Shown here in pieces: positions 39,306 to 47,207 of a DNA stretch of 64,000 nucleotides. How positions within the stretch are numbered: position 1 is the stretch's first letter; each line of letters starts with the position of its first letter. The position numbers were made by a program, and so were the translations under genes. Below the pieces are notes generated by a model. It was given only the letters and a program-made list of their open reading frames with translations. It ran no database searches and was not told the DNA's origin. Location of the stretch: the IMG/VR virus record IMGVR_UViG_3300046692_000091, positions 124,001 through 188,000 of that record. One strand, given 5' to 3'.

Positions 39306-39703
39306 GTAATCAACCTGTAACGCGTCGTATTTATAACCTGGTTCGCATCAAAGACAAACAAGGTAAAGCTTACACAGGCTTTGTTGTTGGTCTAGCCGAG
39401 AAGTGTGGTGATAGTGAACTCGATGGTCAAGCATTCTATGCCACCGAAGATCTCAGTGGTTGGACGGATGAACAGTTCGCTTTAGTCAATAAGAAACTGA
39501 AGGCCATCTGGGACTGTGCTGTCGATTATCTCGTATGGGATTGCACTCATGGCGATAATGAGCAATATATTTCCCGCATTTGTCCTGGTGATCTATTGTT
39601 GGTCATTGACGACAAAGTTGTTCCGGTTATCGGGGAACTACGTGAACTCATGTTTGAATATGAGCACTACACAGTTGATGCCCCTCTGGAGAAAGCAGCA
39701 TAA
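39302..39703 (+). CDS. Hypothetical protein
   Basis: 133 aa; RICPGDLLL resembles TIRPGDFLV of 35335. Confidence 0.8.
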   Translation: MSNQPVTRRIYNLVRIKDKQGKAYTGFVVGLAEKCGDSELDGQAFYATEDLSGWTDEQFALVNKKLKAIWDCAVDYLVWDCTHGDNEQYISRICPGDLLLVIDDKVVPVIGELRELMFEYEHYTVDAPLEKAA

Positions 39704-39975
39704 TGGCTAAGGCAGTCCGACATAAAAGTGGTGTGTGGATGCAACCAGGTACAGAAGGCTGGGAAAAGTATCATAACCCACCTGTAATAATGAAAGTACC
39801 TAATGCTCCACTCTCACTCGATCAGTACATGGACGAGCTTGATAAGAAGTGGCGTAAAGCCGAAGGGCGTGTTCCTGTTAAAGAACTGGATGAACGGGGA
39901 CTGATGCTAGAAGGCCGTATTCCATGGGACCCTGTTCGACTGAAACAACTCACCGAAGAACGGTTGGCTGCATGA
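39703..39975 (+). CDS. Hypothetical protein
   Basis: 90 aa, TAATG-coupled. Confidence 0.75.
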   Translation: MAKAVRHKSGVWMQPGTEGWEKYHNPPVIMKVPNAPLSLDQYMDELDKKWRKAEGRVPVKELDERGLMLEGRIPWDPVRLKQLTEERLAA

Positions 39976-40253
39976 AGTATATCGCTATCCTGATAGGCTT
40001 GCTACTATTAAGTGGTTGCGAACCAACAGCTATATACACAACCAAAGGTACTTTGATCGGAGCTAATTGCGGACCAAAGGTCATGGGTCGTTATGGCACC
40101 GCATTTGATTCTGGTTGTGTTGTTGCAGTAAAGACAGATAAGGGAGTTTCGACTTATCCTGTAAGTGTAGATAATACCACAATTGTAGGTTCATCTGTGG
40201 TCGTCATTGAAACTGGCAAGGAAATGTATCGGGTAATAAAGTCAATTGAATAA
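39972..40253 (+). CDS. Putative lipoprotein
   Basis: MKYIAILIGLLLLSGC lipobox. Confidence 0.75.
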   Translation: MKYIAILIGLLLLSGCEPTAIYTTKGTLIGANCGPKVMGRYGTAFDSGCVVAVKTDKGVSTYPVSVDNTTIVGSSVVVIETGKEMYRVIKSIE

Positions 40254-40282
40254 GGAGATAATGTATGTGTAATTTAAGCATA

Positions 40283-40314
40283 CGGTAGCCTGCCTCATTT
40301 CGAGGCAGGCACCG
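40283..40314 (+). promoter_or_regulatory. Strong hairpin without U-tract
   Basis: cggt(a)gcctgcctc-atttc-gaggcaggc-accg. Confidence 0.45.
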
Positions 40315-40332
40315 CAGTGTGAGTAATTACCA

Positions 40333-40593
40333 ATGTCTGCTGACAAACAAACGCGTGCATCAAACCGTTACCACGATTTCCGTATCATCCGTAATCAGTT
40401 GTCAATCTGGAAGTTTCACAATCCGACTGGCGGCTGGTTGTCGGCACAGAAGCCATCAGGCTGGCGTAAACGGAAAGCGATGAACTGTAGTTGTCATACC
40501 TGTCGTGGTTGGGCTAAAGATGCGCGTCAATTTCGTTACGATTACCAGTTGGAGAAATCCGGTATGAAACGTGAAGAATACGAAGGGATCTAA
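40333..40593 (+). CDS. Small basic protein with CxCxxC motif
   Basis: NCSCHTCRG. Confidence 0.7.
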   Translation: MSADKQTRASNRYHDFRIIRNQLSIWKFHNPTGGWLSAQKPSGWRKRKAMNCSCHTCRGWAKDARQFRYDYQLEKSGMKREEYEGI

Positions 40594-40748
40594 TGCGTAC
40601 ATTCATGAGTGTTAAAGGCTTTCGGCGTTGGTCTCGTATGGGACTGGCTGGACGAATCAAACAGCTCATTAAAGACGACATGGGTAAAATGAGTTGGTTT
40701 CGACCAACTCGACAGAAACGCTGGGTTCCTGGTAAGGAGGAAACATGA
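40593..40748 (+). CDS. Small basic protein (51 aa)
   Basis: TAATG-coupled; MRTFMSVKGFRRWSR... Confidence 0.55.
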   Translation: MRTFMSVKGFRRWSRMGLAGRIKQLIKDDMGKMSWFRPTRQKRWVPGKEET

Positions 40749-40795
40749 ACGACGAATGGGAAGGCTACATCACTAATGAAGAGGAGTGGATCTAA
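40745..40795 (+). CDS. Micropeptide MNDEWEGYITNEEEWI (16 aa)
   Basis: SD aaggagg; ATGA overlap. Confidence 0.45.
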   Translation: MNDEWEGYITNEEEWI

Positions 40796-40839
40796 TGAGA
40801 GAGCTCGATTGGGATCTGTTCGTTAAGGAACTGGTATGA
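40795..40839 (+). CDS. Micropeptide MRELDWDLFVKELV (14 aa)
   Basis: SD gaggag; TAATG overlap. Confidence 0.45.
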   Translation: MRELDWDLFVKELV

Positions 40840-40931
40840 AAGAAGGAGAGATTGATCTCGGCTTTATGGTTCGACCTGCCCAACACAGTGATGGTTGGGA
40901 AGATTACTGTGACGAACGTCCAGATATCTAA
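40836..40931 (+). CDS. Acidic micropeptide (31 aa)
   Basis: SD aagga; ATGA overlap; ends before terminator. Confidence 0.45.
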   Translation: MKEGEIDLGFMVRPAQHSDGWEDYCDERPDI

Positions 40932-40940
40932 CAACATATT

Positions 40941-40960
40941 GGCTACCCTTCGGGGTAGCC
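40941..40960 (+). terminator. Intrinsic terminator
   Basis: ggctaccc-ttcg-gggtagcc plus T tract. Confidence 0.85.
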
Positions 40961-40997
40961 TCTATTCCCTTTTCTTTTTTGAAACTTTTTAAAGGCC

Positions 40998-41005
40998 TAT
41001 ATTAC
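40998..41005 (+). promoter_or_regulatory. Early promoter TATATTAC
   Basis: Exact motif with aaactttttaaagg upstream. Confidence 0.8.
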
Positions 41006-41036
41006 TTTCTTGTAATTACCCACAAGAAGGAAGCTA

Positions 41037-41285
41037 GTGATGTCTCTTACCGCTGTTCTGTTTTCTACTATGATCGGTTTCAATGAAGGCAACGCTCGCC
41101 CTGCGGTACCCAGTCAAGAGAAGATCGAATTCCGTGGTCCGAATGCGATGTCAGCATGTCGCTCATTCGAACCAACGCTGCATACCAAACCACCCACGCA
41201 GTATGGTAACCGCAAAGTGTCAGTTGATACTTACGGGAACGGGATGGTACAGCGTGAAACTTTCTGCGTGCAAACGGAGCAATGA
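41037..41285 (+). CDS. Putative secreted small protein
   Basis: Hydrophobic N-terminus, two Cys. Confidence 0.65.
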   Translation: MMSLTAVLFSTMIGFNEGNARPAVPSQEKIEFRGPNAMSACRSFEPTLHTKPPTQYGNRKVSVDTYGNGMVQRETFCVQTEQ

Positions 41286-41656
41286 TGTCAAAACTTAAGG
41301 AAGAGATATATAAAGGAGAACTACGTAATTTGGAGTTCTCCTATATCGCAGTAACCCTGCAAGCACTGTGGGAAAAAGGTTATGAACCATTCTTGATGTC
41401 AATGCTGGATGTTGATATCGTATCTGACCATACCTTTCGTATTACCAAAGTAGGTGCGAAGTGGTATATCAATTGTTCAGGCCTGTTTTCTTGGGATGTT
41501 AACTTTACCGTGGAGAATGGTAAAGTAGGTGGGATTTACATTAGTAACACCAACTGCAAAAGAAAACAACTGTTGTTCCAGTTGCAAGATCTGGTTCTAC
41601 ATATCTTCACTACGTATCACCAGAACGATGTCCAAATCGACTTCACTGTAAATTAA
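41282..41656 (+). CDS. Hypothetical protein
   Basis: 124 aa, coupled. Confidence 0.75.
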   Translation: MMSKLKEEIYKGELRNLEFSYIAVTLQALWEKGYEPFLMSMLDVDIVSDHTFRITKVGAKWYINCSGLFSWDVNFTVENGKVGGIYISNTNCKRKQLLFQLQDLVLHIFTTYHQNDVQIDFTVN

Positions 41657-41659
41657 GTG

Positions 41660-41688
41660 TTGACACGATAAGAGCCATCACCTATAAT
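41660..41688 (+). promoter_or_regulatory. Consensus sigma70 promoter with overlapping inverted repeat
   Basis: TTGACA (41660-65), 17-nt spacer, TATAAT (41683-88); 9-bp IR gagccatca/tgatggctc at 41672-41696. Confidence 0.7.
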
Positions 41689-41720
41689 GATGGCTCACCC
41701 ACAGTAAGAAAGGATGCAAC

Positions 41721-41927
41721 ATGAAATACGAAGACCTGCTGCTTAACTCCGACCAGACACGGGTTCTGTATCTGGTGGATGTACTCAGAGCAGCAGTGGC
41801 TGAAGGGCGTGAAACTCACAAGCCACAAGGGATTGCCATTACGGAAACACTCGCAGTATTCAGCCTTAATGACGTAGAGCGCAAGGCGTTGCACAGAGAG
41901 GCGATTGAACGCCTCCATACCACTTAA
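41721..41927 (+). CDS. Hypothetical protein of stand-alone sigma70 cassette
   Basis: SD aagga; 68 aa; own promoter and terminator. Confidence 0.75.
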   Translation: MKYEDLLLNSDQTRVLYLVDVLRAAVAEGRETHKPQGIAITETLAVFSLNDVERKALHREAIERLHTT

Positions 41928-41935
41928 CCATAACC

Positions 41936-41953
41936 GAGCCCCGAAAGGGGCTC
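41936..41953 (+). terminator. Hairpin terminator with GAAA loop
   Basis: gagcccc-gaaa-ggggctc. Confidence 0.7.
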
Positions 41954-41975
41954 ATCTGTTTCTAAGGATTGACAA

Positions 41976-42275
41976 ATGTTTCTAGGTGTTCCAAGTACAG
42001 CATGGATCAATGCTATCGCTGTCCTCTTCGGTTTCTGGGGAATCTGGCTTTGTACCTCGGTATGTGATAGCAAGTCAACCATCAAGCAGATCCCATATGC
42101 TACAGCTATTGCTGGTTGCATGAATATTCTTGTAGTGGTACTCAATCTGTCATTGTTTACATACGGCATGTTACTTAAAGCCGAAGTACAACAAGAACGG
42201 GCGCATGACATCGCGGAATATCGAGAAGAACTATTCGCTCCAGACATAGTACTACTTGTTCCAGTAAAGCCTTAA
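41976..42275 (+). CDS. Two-TM membrane protein
   Basis: Two hydrophobic helices. Confidence 0.75.
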   Translation: MFLGVPSTAWINAIAVLFGFWGIWLCTSVCDSKSTIKQIPYATAIAGCMNILVVVLNLSLFTYGMLLKAEVQQERAHDIAEYREELFAPDIVLLVPVKP

Positions 42276-42305
42276 CCCTTCAAGAAATCCAACAGGAATT
42301 GCAAT

Positions 42306-42986
42306 ATGTCCATGTACAGCGGTTTGCAACTTGATCTGAAGTTGCGTTCGGATATCCCACCAGCTATCATCGTGTGGCTATCGAAGCATTCTCTAGGTGA
42401 TGGCAACATTCCTGAAATCAATTCATTCTTCTCTTCTGGTGTTCCATACTTCGAAGATTGGAAAGGTGGTTCTTTGGTTTTCAAAGAAGATCATTGGCAT
42501 CTGAAGTCTAATGGCGTTGGTTCCAAATACGACGACATGAAGATTGCATTCTTTCTGCATGAACTCCAGCCTTGGATGGTTGAAGAACCTGGCCGTATTC
42601 TGGCCCGTACCATTTACGAAGAACATTGTGCTACTGAAGAAGTCTTCTGGATTGACCCAGAGACAACTCTGGTACGCCGTCGTCGTGGTGTGGTATATGG
42701 CTACGACGCACCAATGCAAATGATGCCTATGGGTAAGGAGATAGATGAACCTAAAGGTCATTCTGATCATCACCCGAAAGATTGGGATGCCGAAGAATTG
42801 GCAGCACCGCTTGGTAACATCGAAGGTTACCCACAACCTAAATGGGCTGATGAATATACCTTCAACTATCCAGTGAATCCGAAAGTCAATGTGAGAGCAG
42901 AGACTAAACGTATCCTGGCAAAACAACACAATGATGGGCACGTAAATAATGTGCTCGCCGAACTAGCGAAGATGGAAGGGAAGTAA
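42306..42986 (+). CDS. Hypothetical protein
   Basis: 226 aa. Confidence 0.85.
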   Translation: MSMYSGLQLDLKLRSDIPPAIIVWLSKHSLGDGNIPEINSFFSSGVPYFEDWKGGSLVFKEDHWHLKSNGVGSKYDDMKIAFFLHELQPWMVEEPGRILARTIYEEHCATEEVFWIDPETTLVRRRRGVVYGYDAPMQMMPMGKEIDEPKGHSDHHPKDWDAEELAAPLGNIEGYPQPKWADEYTFNYPVNPKVNVRAETKRILAKQHNDGHVNNVLAELAKMEGK

Positions 42987-43399
42987 TGAATATTGTAACA
43001 TGGCGTGATGCTCGTTTAGTGTTGGTTAAGGATAGCCTGTTGTCATTAGCAGCGCGTCTTGGTTACATGGGTACGGAGCAATTGAACGAAGTCCCTGTAG
43101 GTCAAGGTACCGATGGTTGGAACGTAAGAATCAGCGCCGTCAAAGGCATTGGTCAACGTATCAAACACGTCATGGACGTAGAGATCTGGCATGAAGAACC
43201 AGGTAGCAAGCGTTGGAAGTTTACAGTTGATGTATTGGGTCAAAACCAGTGCAAGAACTGTTACTTCCCTGAAGTGCGTGTGAATGAACGAGATGTGGAT
43301 CGCATCGGGCCGGATGAGTGGGCTGATCTGTGCTTCCTACCAGAAGTCTTTGGTGACTTCGTTGCAACTGAATTGCTGAACCATTACAACCGGGGATAA
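42986..43399 (+). CDS. Hypothetical protein
   Basis: 137 aa, TAATG-coupled. Confidence 0.8.
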   Translation: MNIVTWRDARLVLVKDSLLSLAARLGYMGTEQLNEVPVGQGTDGWNVRISAVKGIGQRIKHVMDVEIWHEEPGSKRWKFTVDVLGQNQCKNCYFPEVRVNERDVDRIGPDEWADLCFLPEVFGDFVATELLNHYNRG

Positions 43400-43401
43400 T
43401 A

Positions 43402-43881
43402 ATGCTTAATCCAACTCGCGGTCTTATTCGCAAAACCGTATTTGGCCAAGATATCCGGCCAATGCAACCACCCATCAACTGCAAGATCGGTAAAGAGTTG
43501 GCGGGTTACATGACCAAGGGACTAGTGGATCGTTTCTTGGAATACGGTTACCTGTCCATGATCATAAAGCACAGCAAAGAATACACACCAATCTACACTT
43601 TCCAAGCGGCGACACATGTTGAGGAAGTGAAGATTCATGTCATGCCTAAGTGCTTCACCATCTATCGTGATAAGGTAGATGGCGATGATCGCGGTATCTA
43701 CTTCGTCACTGTTAAGTTGGATATGCATTTCAACGTAACTGACGTAGAGATCGAATCAACAAAAATGGCTTTCATCGATGTAGCTACCGATCTACATCGT
43801 GTCTTGACTGGATACATGAACCAGTTCGACACATTCGGCAAAGCAAAGAACCCAACCCCACAAGAAAAAATCGACTGCTAA
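43402..43881 (+). CDS. Hypothetical protein
   Basis: 159 aa. Confidence 0.8.
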   Translation: MLNPTRGLIRKTVFGQDIRPMQPPINCKIGKELAGYMTKGLVDRFLEYGYLSMIIKHSKEYTPIYTFQAATHVEEVKIHVMPKCFTIYRDKVDGDDRGIYFVTVKLDMHFNVTDVEIESTKMAFIDVATDLHRVLTGYMNQFDTFGKAKNPTPQEKIDC

Positions 43882-43890
43882 GGATTAGTA

Positions 43891-44373
43891 ATGAAGATGT
43901 CTACTACTGCAAAACGTATTGGCCTGGCGCAACTGGAAGTAGTTGTTAAGGATTTCATTGGTAGCGGTTACTTGGCTATGTTCACTGCCGCTGCACCTTC
44001 GCACACTTTCCGTGTTGCAGAAAACCAGACCTTGGAACTGCGTTATGCAGACTCGGGTAAAATCAAACGTATTTTTATGGTGTTGACGAATACTCGTTCG
44101 ACCCGTTCGGAAACTGTGGTATACACAATCCCTCGTGGCGATATCGCCGAGATCAGTGTTACCCCAGTTCCAGGTAGTCAACTCCAGAACTACATTAAGC
44201 TAGCCATGGAGCTTGCTAATGCAATCGTCGTGGTTCAAGACAGCTGCACTGTAGATGGCGAACTTCGTGTTAGCTATCCAGGCGGTACTGGTTATTCGGC
44301 TATCGATGGTGAAGGCGCAGCTGAAGCATTCGTTCGCATGCGTAACAATGGTAGCCCAGGAGTTGCAAATTGA
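43891..44373 (+). CDS. Hypothetical protein
   Basis: 160 aa, SD aagga. Confidence 0.8.
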   Translation: MKMSTTAKRIGLAQLEVVVKDFIGSGYLAMFTAAAPSHTFRVAENQTLELRYADSGKIKRIFMVLTNTRSTRSETVVYTIPRGDIAEISVTPVPGSQLQNYIKLAMELANAIVVVQDSCTVDGELRVSYPGGTGYSAIDGEGAAEAFVRMRNNGSPGVAN

Positions 44374-44645
44374 ATATGGTCTTGCTAAACCAGTTCATGT
44401 TTTACTTGGTGTCCTTTGCGATTAGCGGTATGTGGTTTACATATCGCGCATTCTCGACTGGTTGGGAAGCACGAACATATGCTTCTCAATACAAGCCAAG
44501 TATTCATGGACTAGATTACAAGGCTCGCTACGATAAGATGTTCAGTTATTTCACGATGATGTGTGTAGCTGCAACATTCATGTGGATGTTCTTTTCGGCT
44601 CTTCTATTAATAGCTTACTTTGGGGGGACTTATGAAACATCTTGA
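44370..44645 (+). CDS. Two-TM membrane protein
   Basis: Two hydrophobic helices; TTG or internal ATG start. Confidence 0.7.
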   Translation: MNMVLLNQFMFYLVSFAISGMWFTYRAFSTGWEARTYASQYKPSIHGLDYKARYDKMFSYFTMMCVAATFMWMFFSALLLIAYFGGTYETS

Positions 44646-45075
44646 TTTACCCTGCATTTCAATGCTGAATGGAATCTTGAAGGGGGTGGAACTTAAACGC
44701 TTCCAGATGGAAACTCAAGCAATCGGGTACCTCACACAAGCGGAAGGTATGTGGTTGACCCAGAAGAATTCTCCGATGTTGTATTCGGCGGATGACTGGG
44801 TCGGCGAGAAGTTCGATATCCACGCTTATGGTCCAGACAAAGTAGTTCATTCTCAAAAGGTGTATGTAATCACCCATTACCATGATGAATGGAAACTTAT
44901 TCTGTCTTCACCAGAAACGGCGATGGAAAACTTACCGCAGCTCATGCGTAACCTGCGTTTGGATGAAGCACTTATCCCAGATATGATTCTACTGAATCTG
45001 GATCTGTATCCACCTCAAGGACGGAGACCAAAAAGGGGTTGGCTGTATGACCCTAAAAACCACTTCTGGAGTTAA
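44632..45075 (+). CDS. Hypothetical protein
   Basis: SD ggggg then ATG. Confidence 0.75.
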   Translation: MKHLDLPCISMLNGILKGVELKRFQMETQAIGYLTQAEGMWLTQKNSPMLYSADDWVGEKFDIHAYGPDKVVHSQKVYVITHYHDEWKLILSSPETAMENLPQLMRNLRLDEALIPDMILLNLDLYPPQGRRPKRGWLYDPKNHFWS

Positions 45076-45078
45076 GAC

Positions 45079-45468
45079 ATGAAGTTACTTAAAATCATGC
45101 TGGCTACAGTAATCGCATTCGGGGTGGTGTTAAGCCATCCCGTTATGGCGGTTCCTGAACCGACCCAAGAGACAGGAATCTCGGCAGAAACATGCACCAC
45201 AGCTGGTCGTTATATCGCGGACGTACTTCGGATGATACAGGAAGGTCGTACCAATATTGAGATCATGTCATGGCTCGATAGCGTTACACCCGATGCCAAG
45301 GAAAAACCACAGGCTTATCTAGGTGTGGTAATGGTAAAACTAAATGTCGTATCCGCTCGGGTGGCTTTAACAAAAGCATACAAGCCCAGCGTGATACGGC
45401 AAAAACAAATTTCTGATTGCATGACAAAAGATGGCACGCAATTAATGGTTTACGGAAAAACACAATGA
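45079..45468 (+). CDS. Putative secreted two-Cys protein
   Basis: Signal peptide MKLLKIMLATVIAFGVVLSHPVMA. Confidence 0.75.
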   Translation: MKLLKIMLATVIAFGVVLSHPVMAVPEPTQETGISAETCTTAGRYIADVLRMIQEGRTNIEIMSWLDSVTPDAKEKPQAYLGVVMVKLNVVSARVALTKAYKPSVIRQKQISDCMTKDGTQLMVYGKTQ

Positions 45469-45932
45469 AACTGAATGTAATCAACCTGCTCAGCAAAACC
45501 TTTGGTGAGCGTTATGTATCGGCTAGTGACCTGTTCCGCAAATCACTGAACACGGTAGCTACTCCAGTAATGGGTAGCAAGAAAGCAGTACTGTGGATCA
45601 TTGTTGACAATGGTCAACGTGGTGAAGATGTTACTCGTCGTCACTATGAAACGATGTTGGCAGAAGACTCGTTGATCGCAGGTAAAGAAATGCCAATCGA
45701 TCCGTACGGTGGTCCTCGTGAACTGGCTGTCCGTTTGCTGCAACAAGGTTACGAAATGAAGTTGACTTTGATTCCACCTGGATTCGAAGATACTGAGCGT
45801 TATCTGTCGTTACACCATTCCGCTATGGTTTCCGAACATAAAGACATTCAGGCTGTGTGCTATAACCTGGATAACCGTGTTATGCCAGAAGCGGACCCTG
45901 AACCACTTAAGATTGAAGGAATCAATACATGA
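45465..45932 (+). CDS. Hypothetical protein
   Basis: ATGA-coupled, 155 aa. Confidence 0.8.
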   Translation: MKLNVINLLSKTFGERYVSASDLFRKSLNTVATPVMGSKKAVLWIIVDNGQRGEDVTRRHYETMLAEDSLIAGKEMPIDPYGGPRELAVRLLQQGYEMKLTLIPPGFEDTERYLSLHHSAMVSEHKDIQAVCYNLDNRVMPEADPEPLKIEGINT

Positions 45933-46372
45933 GAGCTATCCTTGCTACCTTTGCACTGATCCTCCTCGTAGTACTGGGTGGCCCTGCTAAAGCACAAGAC
46001 CAACCCTTCGGTACCTTTGCAGTAGAAAAGCTTACCATCACTCCAGCTGTGTGCATGGAGGTAGGTGCACTGACTGAACAAGCTGTAGGGCACATGCAAA
46101 CAGGTTCCAGCGATATGGACCTGATCGGTGACTTGGCTGCAATGGCTCAGCGTGATCTCAACAATGATTCACACTATCTGGCAGCAATGATGACCAGTAC
46201 TGCTATCCCGCATATTCGCACACGGATCAATGCCCCAGAAGTTCTGGCATTGGTTAAGAAGGTACCGGGTAACACCCGTGTATCCGCAGTTGGCTTGGAT
46301 ATGAAGATCAAATGCTCTAAACTAGAAGGCACAACTTACGACGTGCCAAAACGAATTAAAGCTAAGGTTTAA
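45929..46372 (+). CDS. Putative secreted two-Cys protein
   Basis: Signal peptide ending AKA. Confidence 0.75.
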   Translation: MRAILATFALILLVVLGGPAKAQDQPFGTFAVEKLTITPAVCMEVGALTEQAVGHMQTGSSDMDLIGDLAAMAQRDLNNDSHYLAAMMTSTAIPHIRTRINAPEVLALVKKVPGNTRVSAVGLDMKIKCSKLEGTTYDVPKRIKAKV

Positions 46373-46374
46373 AC

Positions 46375-46809
46375 ATGAAAGTAATGTTTGCTATTTTCGG
46401 TCTGTTCTTTATGGGTCTGTTTGGTACTCTTGCGGCTGAGGCCAAAGATGCACCAATCAACTACAGCGTTAAAGAAGATCTGGTAATCACACCAACTGTT
46501 TGCCAGATATATGCCGACACATTATCGTTGGCGTTGATGAGTTATGCAACCGACGCATCGTTAACAGATATCACTGGCTTGATGGATAAACAAATCCTGG
46601 TGTATATCAAAGACAATGAACAATATCTTGGCCGCACCATGGCAAGCATGGCGCTGGGTATATCCCTTAGGATCATGCGTGATCAAGCAGCAGCAGACGG
46701 ACCGACTATGGCGAATAAAACAACCATAGCGGCAAATATCACAGAAGATACATTTATTTCGTGTCGACAGGATGTCGGCAAAACCCGCGGTGCATATCGC
46801 CGCAACTAA
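46375..46809 (+). CDS. Putative secreted two-Cys protein
   Basis: Signal peptide ending AEA; ITPTVC matches ITPAVC of 45929. Confidence 0.75.
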   Translation: MKVMFAIFGLFFMGLFGTLAAEAKDAPINYSVKEDLVITPTVCQIYADTLSLALMSYATDASLTDITGLMDKQILVYIKDNEQYLGRTMASMALGISLRIMRDQAAADGPTMANKTTIAANITEDTFISCRQDVGKTRGAYRRN

Positions 46810-46819
46810 GGAGGAAGTG

Positions 46820-47020
46820 ATGTATAATAAGTACCTTCGAAAACCTCTCTCTTACCTCATCGGATTTATGATAGGATGGATATTACTGGGCGCATTCGTT
46901 CCAGTACTGTCAAGGACATTTACCACCATCGGCGACGATGTTTTGGTTTGTAGTCAAGAATGGAACTTCATTCGCTTTAAAACCAAATGCCGTGTAGATG
47001 TCCCTCTTACCGATCACTGA
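46820..47020 (+). CDS. Small single-TM protein
   Basis: SD aaggagg; 66 aa. Confidence 0.7.
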   Translation: MYNKYLRKPLSYLIGFMIGWILLGAFVPVLSRTFTTIGDDVLVCSQEWNFIRFKTKCRVDVPLTDH

Positions 47021-47025
47021 TCTGC

Positions 47026-47043
47026 GCCGCCCTTCGGGGCGGC
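47026..47043 (+). terminator. Intrinsic terminator
   Basis: gccgccc-ttcg-gggcggc plus ttt. Confidence 0.85.
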
Positions 47044-47088
47044 TTTGCCTGTTCTTTTTTGTCTGTTTACTCGAAAAAATCTGAAATC

Positions 47089-47096
47089 TATATTAC
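47089..47096 (+). promoter_or_regulatory. Early promoter TATATTAC
   Basis: Exact motif; context shared with 26935. Confidence 0.8.
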
Positions 47097-47207
47097 TACA
47101 GTGTATTCAAGACAAAAGAATTAATGTCTAACCGCAGCTAGTGGGGTGGGTTATGTAAACGTTAGCAGGAAACTAATACCGTTAGGCATCTAATATAGGA
47201 GCATGCA

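Noticed and set aside
42272-42484. 70-aa - strand ORF convergent on 41976
   Set aside because: Overlaps the 42306 gene on the opposite strand; no supporting signals
44602-44612. attaatagct as a DNA motif explaining the INS tails
   Set aside because: Four of the seven INS tails use different codons (atc/gtt aac tcN), and this copy is read in another frame (LLIA)
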